A stretch of 64,000 nt of DNA from Candidatus Moanibacter sp. (GTDB taxonomy: Bacteria > Verrucomicrobiota > Verrucomicrobiia > Opitutales > UBA2987). The position numbers were made by a program, and so were the translations under genes. A model generated the notes under the pieces. The model saw only the letters and a list, made by a program, of their open reading frames with translations. It had not been told where the DNA came from and searched no databases. The number at the start of each line of letters is the position of its first letter. Position 1 is the stretch's first letter. The DNA lies in the NCBI GenBank assembly GCA_965226025.1, contig CBDDCD010000003.1, forward strand, positions 985,227-1,049,226, in the 5' to 3' direction. Below are positions 7,800-15,950 of this stretch, piece after piece.

Positions 7800-8927
7800 C
7801 TAGTTTCGTTCCAAAAGTAAGGCACCTGCCATGGCGCCGGCGGCGCAGATACTGACGAGGCCGTAATGAGCGTTCCTTCTCTTCATCTCGTAGGCCAGAG
7901 TCGTGACAATGCGCCCGCCGGTAGCTGACCAGGGATGGCCGACGGCGATGGAACTGCCGCCTACGTTGACGCGGTCCCAGTCGATGGGCCCGGTCGGCGC
8001 GCCCTTCCAGCCTTGTTCCCAGGCTTTTGCATTAGCGAGGGGAACGGCACCGAATGCCTCGTGGATTTCAATAAGATCGATGTCCGGCAACTTGAGTCCA
8101 GTGCATTCCACGAGACGCGGAACTGTAATTGCGGGTGCCATGAGAAGCCCTTCGCTGGGATGCAGGGCGCCGTATTCCATGGCGCGGATGAAGGCCAGAG
8201 GATTTCGGCTCTCTGAAACTGCCTTTGCTTCGCTCATCAGAAGAACGGCAGTGGCGCCGTCGGTAACTGGGGAAGAGTTTCCCGCGGTGAGGGTTCCTTC
8301 CTCTCCGAAGGCGGGCTGAAGTGCCGCCAGCGCTTCGAGGGAGGTGTCTGTCCTAGGTCCGGAATCGTGTTCTTCTCCGAGGAGAGGAAAGATCTGCTCG
8401 GAAAGGTGGTCCTGAGACGCGATCGCATTACGGTGGCTGGCGAGCGCGACTTTGTCCTGGTCGAGTCGCGAGACTTCCCAATCCTTAATCGTGAGTTCCA
8501 TGTGTTCTCCCATCAGGAGTCCCGTGCTCGGTTCTCTGAAGTGATTGATGTCCGCTTGAGAAAGTGATTCTGTGCCCGAGGCGATACCGGCATCGATTCT
8601 TCCGGCCGCGATGGCGTCGGCAATGATGGTGATCGATCGCAGTCCGGAGATGCAGTAAGAGGAGACCGTTTGTGCCTCAATCGCAGGGGGCAGGCCGGTC
8701 TCCAGCACCACCTCGCGGGCAATATTGGGTTTTCCGGCTTCCGGTACCACCGTACCCACTGCGATCGCCCCGATTCCGGAAGGGTCCACCTGATGCCTTT
8801 CCATCAAGCCCGCGACGGCGTGTTTAGCCAATGCCAGAGGGCCAAGGTCTTTGAAAGCCTTGCCGGACTTGACGAAGGGAGTTCGGCCTCCCGCTACGAT
8901 GGCTACGCGTCGTTGGTTCATTCCCAA
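7800..8927 (-). CDS. Thiolase (acetyl-CoA C-acyl/acetyltransferase family)
   Basis: 375-aa ORF. VAIVAGGRTPF, nucleophile context VSSYCISGL, C-terminal NVGGSSIAVGHPWSATG and SICAAGAMAGA. Confidence 0.9.
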   Translation of the reverse strand: MGMNQRRVAIVAGGRTPFVKSGKAFKDLGPLALAKHAVAGLMERHQVDPSGIGAIAVGTVVPEAGKPNIAREVVLETGLPPAIEAQTVSSYCISGLRSITIIADAIAAGRIDAGIASGTESLSQADINHFREPSTGLLMGEHMELTIKDWEVSRLDQDKVALASHRNAIASQDHLSEQIFPLLGEEHDSGPRTDTSLEALAALQPAFGEEGTLTAGNSSPVTDGATAVLLMSEAKAVSESRNPLAFIRAMEYGALHPSEGLLMAPAITVPRLVECTGLKLPDIDLIEIHEAFGAVPLANAKAWEQGWKGAPTGPIDWDRVNVGGSSIAVGHPWSATGGRIVTTLAYEMKRRNAHYGLVSICAAGAMAGALLLERN

Positions 8928-8951
8928 TACTTTTCGTAAATCCCCAGATTC

Positions 8952-10934
8952 CTATGCCGAATACTTCTCCCGGAGTTCGCGCCGCATCATCTTATTCGAC
9001 GCGGTGCGCGGCAGACTTTCTACTGTGATCAGATCGTGGATTCTGAATAGCGGGTTTAATCGTTTTCCAATCAAGGTCTGAAGTTCATTCAACAGACTGG
9101 CACGATCTGTTTCTCCTGTGAGGACGGCAAACACGACCAACGCTTCCGCTCCCTCTCCCTCCGGCTGCACTGCGACAGCGGCACTCTCATAGACTTCGTC
9201 ATGGGTATCGAGTATGCGCTCGAGTTCAAGGGAACTTACTTTGATACCGCTCAGGTTCATGGTATCGTCGGACCGCCCTTGGGCTCGGTAGAAACCGTTC
9301 GGCAATCGGGCAATAGTATCACCGTGGCGCCTTAGGACCTCACTGTTTGGTCCAGCCGGGCATCCTGTGTAGTATTCCTCTTCATGGTCCTTGTTCAGTA
9401 GGGTTTGGGACAGTCCGATGGATGGCGGGATGAGATAGAGCTCTCCCATTTCTCCCTCATCGACCGGCTGTCCATCTTCATCGAGGATAAGAAAATCGAG
9501 TCCGAGCGCGGGTGTAGTGAAGGTGGCGGGAGAAGCCGGTTGAACGATCGTTCCGGTGATATGGCCCCCACCGATCTCGGTGCCGCCGAGGTATTCAATT
9601 ACGGGCGCGCGGTATCCGGTCCTGCTCATCAACCAGAGGTAATCTTCGCGATTGGAGGGTTCCCCGGTTGAGCCAAAGAGTCGAATGCCGGTCAAGTCCA
9701 CGCCCTGCCTGGCGCCTGCCGCCCGCCAAGTGCGGACGAGTGAAGGAACCACTCCCAGAAAAGAGACCCCTGCCTTCTCAACGAAGCGGGTGAAGTCGGG
9801 CCCCAAAGGCGCACCCTCGTAGAGGGCCATGGCGGCACTATTCAACAGCGTAGCGTAAATCAGCCAGGGGCCCATCATCCAGCCGATGTTGGTCGGCCAG
9901 GCAGCGATGTCATCGGGACGGATGTCTCCATGGAAGTGACCGTCCATGGCACACTTGAGGGGTGTCAGATGGGTCCACGGAATCGCCTTGGGTGTTCCAG
10001 TTGTGCCGGAGGAAAAGAGGATATTCGAGGGCTCGTAGGGATCTCCCGTTACTGATGTGAAGGAATCTTCTGTGGCAAGAAATTCATCCCAACGAATATC
10101 GTTCTGTCTGAGTTTCTCTCCTTCCTCCGCCGCGATAACGATGGCTCGTTCGATCCCGGCCTCTTTCACCTTATCGTAGAGCCGGACATTTCGCCCCGCC
10201 CGGATATACTGATAAACCGTTAGGATTACCTTTGATCCGGCAATCTCCATCCGCGTCTTGACCTCGTCGGGTGAAAAACTGTCCGCGATCGAAACAACCC
10301 GGCATCCGGCGCGGACGATTCCCAGATAGGCGGCGACACAGGGCATCGTCATCGGCATGTAGATACCGATGGCATCGCCCCGTTCGATTCCGGATTCACC
10401 GAGACCGTTAGCGAATCGATTGGCAAGGGCTTCGAGTTGGCCGTAGGTCGTGATGGTCAAGGCTGAGGTGCCTTCCTTGCAGGAAAGGATAGCTGTCTTG
10501 TCGGCAGGGGCTTGGAAACAGCTGTCCACGATATTCATCTCCGCGCCTGGTAGCCAGCGAGGATTGCTCACGCCGTTGGTCAGATCGAGGATATGATTCG
10601 GTGGCCGAGCGAAGATGATGCCGAGTTTATCGACTACGTACTGCCAGAAGGCGGGCCGGTTTTCGACAGACCAGGCGTGGAGGTCGGCGTAATTGTCGAT
10701 GCCGAGATCCGACATCATTCGGCCGAGGTTGGATGCGGGGATTTCCTCTTTCTTGGGACGCCAGGCTGGGAGAGGGCCGGCGGAAGGGTTTCTCTCCCCA
10801 AAGATACGTTGGAATTCCGCCCAGTGTTGGTCGAACGGGATCGAGCGGTCCTCCCTGGCTTGGGCGATGAATTCAGTCCATTGGGCTTCGATGCCGTCAG
10901 GTGGAAGTAGGTATCCTATGGTGGCGTTGGGCAT
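8952..10934 (-). CDS. AMP-forming acyl-CoA synthetase (acetyl-/acetoacetyl-CoA synthetase-like)
   Basis: ORF 8952..10979. Most plausible start is Met16 (ATG at 10934, MPNATIGY). AMP-binding motif FSSGTTGTPKAIPWTH, plus GWMMGPW, YRAQGRSDDTMNLSGIKV, and C-terminal LPRTASNKMMRR. Confidence 0.85.
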   Translation of the reverse strand: MPNATIGYLLPPDGIEAQWTEFIAQAREDRSIPFDQHWAEFQRIFGERNPSAGPLPAWRPKKEEIPASNLGRMMSDLGIDNYADLHAWSVENRPAFWQYVVDKLGIIFARPPNHILDLTNGVSNPRWLPGAEMNIVDSCFQAPADKTAILSCKEGTSALTITTYGQLEALANRFANGLGESGIERGDAIGIYMPMTMPCVAAYLGIVRAGCRVVSIADSFSPDEVKTRMEIAGSKVILTVYQYIRAGRNVRLYDKVKEAGIERAIVIAAEEGEKLRQNDIRWDEFLATEDSFTSVTGDPYEPSNILFSSGTTGTPKAIPWTHLTPLKCAMDGHFHGDIRPDDIAAWPTNIGWMMGPWLIYATLLNSAAMALYEGAPLGPDFTRFVEKAGVSFLGVVPSLVRTWRAAGARQGVDLTGIRLFGSTGEPSNREDYLWLMSRTGYRAPVIEYLGGTEIGGGHITGTIVQPASPATFTTPALGLDFLILDEDGQPVDEGEMGELYLIPPSIGLSQTLLNKDHEEEYYTGCPAGPNSEVLRRHGDTIARLPNGFYRAQGRSDDTMNLSGIKVSSLELERILDTHDEVYESAAVAVQPEGEGAEALVVFAVLTGETDRASLLNELQTLIGKRLNPLFRIHDLITVESLPRTASNKMMRRELREKYSA

Positions 10935-11099
10935 GGGTGGACGGCAACGAATGAAAGCACGGCAGCGAATAGGGAGCAAGACAAGCGATTCGTAGTTCGA
11001 TTTTGGCTGAGAGGGCGGAGCCTCTGCTTCGATATGGTCCCGCCAATGAGAACTGTGTCACCGAGAAGGAGCTCTCCCTGGTTGATTATTTGGTTCTCG

Positions 11100-11145
11100 G
11101 AACGTCACATCCAGATGTGCGGCCGCACATCTGGATGTGACGTTC
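11100..11145. promoter_or_regulatory. Perfect 46-bp palindrome with nested 14-bp half-palindromes (candidate dual operator or 5' hairpin)
   Basis: GAACGTCACATCCAGATGTGCGG|CCGCACATCTGGATGTGACGTTC. Each arm itself contains CACATC-nn-GATGTG. Sits in the divergent region between the acyl-CoA synthetase and the TIM-barrel gene, ending 7 nt before the ATG at 11153. Confidence 0.6.
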
Positions 11146-11152
11146 TTGAAGA

Positions 11153-12163
11153 ATGGAGCTTCTAGAGATACTCCGTCTTCTTGCGAAGACGGCTACACTA
11201 CGAATGCGGTGGATAATCGGACGGCGAAGAGGGCCATGTCTTGACTTACGAAGGAATCTGAAATTCAACCTACTTGCTAGTCTCCTTAACCCAGGTACCT
11301 TCGTGAAAAGGAAATCAAAACCGAAGCCGAAGCTCATACTTACAGGCCCCACCTGGCCGCTGACGGGCTATCCGAATGCGAAGCGGGAGTGGACGATCGA
11401 TCGCAAGGTGCGCGAACTGAAAGCGGCCGGATTCGCGGCGTTCGGTGGGCGACTTACGGTTCCAGGAATAAAGGCGGCGAGCAAGACCCATGGGATGCCG
11501 ATTTTGGCCTATGAGGATATTGGGAGCATCAAGGAGATTCGCCCGAAAATGGAGGCGATTGCCAAGGCCGGGTCCCCCATGATCAACATCCAGCCGGGTG
11601 ATCACGACACGCCGACGGACCGGGCGGTACGAATCGTGGTTGCGGTGATGAGGGAAAGCAGGAAGTTGGGGATCAATTCGCACATTGAAGTCCACCGGGA
11701 CACCGCCACGGAAACGCCGGAGAAATCCTTCGCTATCATCGATGGATACAAGAAAGAGACGGGCGAGGACCTGCCGGTTTGCTGGGATCATTCTCACTTT
11801 GCCGTCGTCAAACACCTCAGCCCAGGCAACTACGTGGAGCGGCTCGTCGTGCGCAAGCCTTTGATCCAGCTATCTCGACAGTTTCATATGCGACCCTTTA
11901 ACGGCCACCACTGCCAGGTGCCGGTGACGGATGGGAAGGGTAGGTTGAGCCCGGAGTTCAAGGACTGGATTCCCTACGTTGATGCGATGTTCGACTGCTG
12001 GTTGGCCGGTCCCCGGCCAGGGAATGCACTCTGGGTCGTTCCCGAACTGGGCCCTCCAATCGGCTACGGACTGAGCTGCTTTCCGGATGTGTTCGGGGAC
12101 CTGAAGGTGTGTCGACGGGAGGTGCTGAAGTCTTGGAATAGGGCCTTGAAGCGGGCGAGATAG
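11153..12163 (+). CDS. Xylose-isomerase-like TIM-barrel protein (sugar phosphate isomerase/epimerase family)
   Basis: 336-aa ORF. The conserved-looking part starts near KLILTGPTWPL, with IEVHRDTATETPE and CWDHSHF metal-ligand-like contexts. True start uncertain (ATG 11153, ATG 11204 or GTG 11303). Confidence 0.6.
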   Translation: MELLEILRLLAKTATLRMRWIIGRRRGPCLDLRRNLKFNLLASLLNPGTFVKRKSKPKPKLILTGPTWPLTGYPNAKREWTIDRKVRELKAAGFAAFGGRLTVPGIKAASKTHGMPILAYEDIGSIKEIRPKMEAIAKAGSPMINIQPGDHDTPTDRAVRIVVAVMRESRKLGINSHIEVHRDTATETPEKSFAIIDGYKKETGEDLPVCWDHSHFAVVKHLSPGNYVERLVVRKPLIQLSRQFHMRPFNGHHCQVPVTDGKGRLSPEFKDWIPYVDAMFDCWLAGPRPGNALWVVPELGPPIGYGLSCFPDVFGDLKVCRREVLKSWNRALKRAR

Positions 12164-12400
12164 TCGAGCCTAGGGGAGAATAGACCGGAAGATTCCTAGA
12201 GCGGCGTAGCCGCAACCAATGGACAAGGTTCGAGACGAGGTTCGGGACCCGTCGTCGCTGTTCTTTGCCGAGGCAGGCGAGGTTTGCTGCGCTGGATTCT
12301 GAGCGGATCGACTGTTAGTACCTTCCTGATTGAAGCCAAAAGGCAACTCCGCATTCCCTGGTAACCTTGTCTCGGCACTTGGTCGCCACATTATTACACC

Positions 12401-13177
12401 ATGAAAATCCTCCTGACCAACGACGATGGGCCTGATTCGCCCTTGCTGAGGACGGCGATCCGGTGTGTTCGGTGCTGGGGAGAATTGACCGTGGTTGTGC
12501 CGAGCGAGGAGCAGAGTTGGATGGGGAAGAGGATGACTCGCCTGGGCGAGCTTCGCAGGAGGTCGGTCGAGATTGAAGGTGAGGAGGTCCATTGTTTCAG
12601 TGGAAGTCCGGCAGACTGCGCGAATTTCGGGATCTACCACCTCTTTGACAAGAAGCCGGATTTCGTCGTATCCGGAATCAACATCGGCAAGAACTCGGGT
12701 CTGGGTTATGTGCTTTCATCAGGCACCGTTGGAGCATGTCTGGAAGCCAACATCGCAGGCATACCTGGGATTGCCCTCTCCCAGGAACTGGCGAGAGAGA
12801 TTTTTCGGCATTGGAGCAAGCATCGGGAGTTTCCGGATATGGTGGGAGACCGTTTGGATTCCCGGTTGGAAGATTTTGTCCAGGGCGCCTATCAACTCCT
12901 GTCCGGCCGGTCGGATTTTCTGAATGATCCGGTTACCTGGAATTTCAACTTTCCCTACCAACCGGCGCCAGACTGCGAATTGAGACGGGCCTCCATCGGT
13001 CACACCTTTTACGGATCCTATTTTGATGGGAACGACGGTGTCTTTTCACATACGCGGCAGCTTGATCAACCGGCCTTTGACCGGCGGGAGACCGCTGACG
13101 GCCACCTGCTCGAACAAGGACACGCCAGCGTGACCAGGATCGATATCCGGGAGTTTGGGCAGGACACAGATTGGTGA
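12401..13177 (+). CDS. surE: 5'/3'-nucleotidase SurE
   Basis: 258-aa ORF starting MKILLTNDDGPDSP (SurE signature), plus VVSGINIGKNSG and SGTVGACLEA. Confidence 0.9.
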   Translation: MKILLTNDDGPDSPLLRTAIRCVRCWGELTVVVPSEEQSWMGKRMTRLGELRRRSVEIEGEEVHCFSGSPADCANFGIYHLFDKKPDFVVSGINIGKNSGLGYVLSSGTVGACLEANIAGIPGIALSQELAREIFRHWSKHREFPDMVGDRLDSRLEDFVQGAYQLLSGRSDFLNDPVTWNFNFPYQPAPDCELRRASIGHTFYGSYFDGNDGVFSHTRQLDQPAFDRRETADGHLLEQGHASVTRIDIREFGQDTDW

Positions 13178-13309
13178 GAATTCGTTCGCTCGCTTTTCAC
13201 GGCACAAGGCCGGGGGAGCCTCAGAAACGCTAAACAAGTGCACAAAGGGTCGGGCGGTCGAATTCTTCACTTGGCAAACGCGCGGTAGCTGTAACAATCG
13301 CCACCCGAT

Positions 13310-13645
13310 ATGTCTGAAACCAAGGACCTGGAAAACCGGGACTCAGGCGAGGCCGAAATCCTGATGCGCTACTGGCGCACGAACGTTTTCATTATGGCGG
13401 TGCTGTTGTTGATTTGGGCATTTCTCAGTCTCGGTTGCAGCATTCTGTTCGCCGACAGTCTGAATCGATTCTCGCTCTTCGGTAGCGGCTATCCCCTCGG
13501 TTTCTGGTTCGCCCAGCAAGGGAGCATTCTCGGTTTTGTGGTCATCATCCTTGTCTATGCGCTCTTCATGAATCGAACCGACACCAAACATCACCGAGAG
13601 CTGGTATCTGTGAGAAAAGCGGACCAGGAATCTGTCGGCCTTTGA
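13310..13645 (+). CDS. DUF4212 small membrane subunit of a solute:sodium symporter
   Basis: 111-aa ORF. YWRTNVFIMAVLLLIWAFLS...GYPLGFWFAQQGSILGFVVIILVYALFMNR matches the DUF4212 pattern, which always precedes a VC_2705-type SSS permease. Confidence 0.8.
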   Translation: MSETKDLENRDSGEAEILMRYWRTNVFIMAVLLLIWAFLSLGCSILFADSLNRFSLFGSGYPLGFWFAQQGSILGFVVIILVYALFMNRTDTKHHRELVSVRKADQESVGL

Positions 13646-13730
13646 ATCTTCGAACCTGTGCTGAGCTTGAGATCGACGGATGAAGGAAGTAGGTCTCGAT
13701 AAAGTTCATACCGACAGATTCCTTTTATTT

Positions 13731-13797
13731 GGAGTCTGTCGGACGAGCTCTGTCGCCTGCAAAGCAATCGAACCTCAGAGTCCGACAGAATCCTAGG
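13731..13797 (-). repeat. Dispersed inverted-repeat element, short form (preceded by a partial extra end at about 13700..13724)
   Basis: GGAGTCTGTCGGACGAGCTCTGTCGCCTGCAAAGCAATCGAACCTCAGAGTCCGACAGAATCCTAGG. Its reverse complement aligns with the other copies. Ends 1 nt before the symporter ATG (13799). An additional AAAGTTCATACCGACAGATTCC half-end lies at 13701..13722. Confidence 0.85.
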
Positions 13798-13798
13798 C

Positions 13799-15688
13799 AT
13801 GACAGTTCAGGCTTGGACTTACCTGTTTGTAGCCCTGACTTTTGGCCTCTACCTCGGTATCGCCTGGTGGAGCCGGGTGCGGGACACGATGGGCTTTTAT
13901 GTCGCGGGTCGCGGGGTACCGGCGGTGGCCAACGGTATGGCAACGGCCGCCGATTGGATGAGCGCCGCCTCATTCATTTCCATGGCCGGGTTAATCTCCA
14001 CCATGGGTTATGCCGGAGGGGTCTATCTGATGGGATGGACGGGGGGCTTTGTCTTACTTACCCTGTTGATCGCGCCCTATCTGCGGAAATTCGGCCACTA
14101 CACGGTGCCCGATTTTGTCGGTGATCGATTTCCCGCGGCGGGTGCGGTCGTTGAAGATTCGGCAGCCGTCACCACATCCGTATTGAGGCGGTTAAGCCGG
14201 AATCCTGCCCGGTTGGTCGCGGTGCTATGTGCGGTCTTTATCAGTTTCACCTATGTTGCCGGTCAAATGCGCGGAGTGGGGGTTGTTTTCTCTCGATTTC
14301 TCGAGGTCGACATCAAGATCGGCGTGATGATCGGGATGTCGATCGTCTTCATTTACGCCACCTTGGGTGGGATGAAGGGCATTACGTGGACTCAGGTGGC
14401 GCAGTATTGGGTCTTGATCACTGCCTTTCTCATTCCCGCCTTTGCCATATCGTTCAAATTGACCGGAACCCATTTGCCGCAGGCTGGGCTGGGAGGGACT
14501 CTCCTCGAAAACGGGGCCTTCTTGCTGGATAAACTCGATGCGGTTCAGCAGGACTTGGGATTCTCCAGCTACACGGAAGCCTTCACCGGAGGATGGACCA
14601 AAGCGAATGTTTTGCTGGTCACGTTTGCCTTGATGGCGGGAACGGCAGGCTTGCCTCACGTTATCGTTCGCTTCTACACGGTACGGTCGCCGAGAGCGGC
14701 GCGATGGAGCGGGTTCTGGGCCCTATTCTTCATTGCCTGCCTCTACCTCACCGCGCCTGCCATCGCCGGGTTTGCCCGAACCTACATGCTGCAAACGCTT
14801 AATGAGGCCACCGCCGGGAATCTCCCTCGATGGTTTCAGAGCTGGGAAAAGACGGGACTCATACTCTGGTTGGATGACGGCGACGGCCGTATCAAGTATT
14901 CGGCAGGTGACGAGAATGAGATATTTCGGCGCGGCGCCCTCGGAGAATCCGAATTCATCGAGGTTATCCGTCAGCATCTGCTCTGGATCGACACTGAAGG
15001 AGATCAAGGCGAGGATGGTCGGGCTGTCCTCAGATCTCGGGGGCTGAGTGGTCCCGATCGTGATATCATCGTTCTTGCGACGCCCGAGATGGCGGAACTC
15101 TCCAACTGGATAATTGCCTTTGTCGCTGCCGGCGGGCTGGCCGCCGCTCTTTCCACGGCGAGTGGTCTGCTCCTGGTCATCTCATCGTCCGTGGCGCACG
15201 ATCTCTACTACCGGGTCATTCGGCCCGACGCCAGCGAAAGGATGCGGCTCGGCGTTGGGCGAGGTGTCATTGGCGTGGCCGTAATCATAGCCGGAGTCTT
15301 CGGAATATACCCTCCCGGCTTCGTAAGCCAGGTGGTGGCCTTCGCCTTCGGCCTGGCGGCGGCCAGCTTCTTTCCCGTTATCGTACTCGGTATTTTCAGC
15401 AAGCGTGTCGGCACTTTGCCCGCGGTGTGCGGAATGCTGGTGGGGATCTCTTTCACCGCCTTCTATATTCTGGGCACGGTCTTCTTTGGAATGGAACGTT
15501 GGACCTTCGGGATATTTTCTCAAGGAATCAATCCGCAGGGCATCGGAACCATCGGAATGATCCTCAATTTTGCCGTCACTATCGCGGCCACGCAATTTAC
15601 CGCGCCGCCCAGTAAGGAAGTTCAAGCCATGGTCGACACGATTCGCGAACCCGAGGGCCTCCCACCCGCGGTCGATATCGATCACTAG
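13799..15688 (+). CDS. Sodium:solute symporter family permease (ActP / VC_2705-like large subunit)
   Basis: 629-aa polytopic ORF. GFYVAGRGVPAVANGMATAADWMSAASFISMAG is the SSF signature region. Follows the DUF4212 gene. Confidence 0.9.
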   Translation: MTVQAWTYLFVALTFGLYLGIAWWSRVRDTMGFYVAGRGVPAVANGMATAADWMSAASFISMAGLISTMGYAGGVYLMGWTGGFVLLTLLIAPYLRKFGHYTVPDFVGDRFPAAGAVVEDSAAVTTSVLRRLSRNPARLVAVLCAVFISFTYVAGQMRGVGVVFSRFLEVDIKIGVMIGMSIVFIYATLGGMKGITWTQVAQYWVLITAFLIPAFAISFKLTGTHLPQAGLGGTLLENGAFLLDKLDAVQQDLGFSSYTEAFTGGWTKANVLLVTFALMAGTAGLPHVIVRFYTVRSPRAARWSGFWALFFIACLYLTAPAIAGFARTYMLQTLNEATAGNLPRWFQSWEKTGLILWLDDGDGRIKYSAGDENEIFRRGALGESEFIEVIRQHLLWIDTEGDQGEDGRAVLRSRGLSGPDRDIIVLATPEMAELSNWIIAFVAAGGLAAALSTASGLLLVISSSVAHDLYYRVIRPDASERMRLGVGRGVIGVAVIIAGVFGIYPPGFVSQVVAFAFGLAAASFFPVIVLGIFSKRVGTLPAVCGMLVGISFTAFYILGTVFFGMERWTFGIFSQGINPQGIGTIGMILNFAVTIAATQFTAPPSKEVQAMVDTIREPEGLPPAVDIDH

Positions 15689-15788
15689 GAATCTGTCGGA
15701 CTTTGAATATCGCAACATCGCGGAGGTTCGGATTCAACGGTGAAGGGTGCAAATCTGACCAAGTCCGTGCCGACAGATTCCTGCTAGG
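15685..15788 (+). repeat. Dispersed inverted-repeat element, long (~104 nt) form
   Basis: CTAGGAATCTGTCGGACTTTGAATATCGCAAC...GTGAAGGGTGCAAATCTGACCAAGTCCGTGCCGACAGATTCCTGCTAGG. Its TAG (15686..15688) is the symporter stop codon. Confidence 0.85.
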
Positions 15789-15950
15789 TTCAGAGTGTCG
15801 CCCGAAGTGTGACAGAGAGTGAGACAGTATGTCAGAAATGGCGCATCAGAGTCAGCCTCCATCTAGTCGATTCAGATTCTTAAGATTTTGGTCTCAAGCG
15901 ACTTGTGGGGGTTGTGTCTCACCTGGCACGCTCTCTGCTTAACGCTGGGC

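Noticed and set aside
12170-12640. 156-aa minus-strand ORF overlapping the start of surE
   Set aside because: It has Pro/Arg/Ser-rich low-information translation, overlaps the well-supported surE gene on the opposite strand, and has no motifs.
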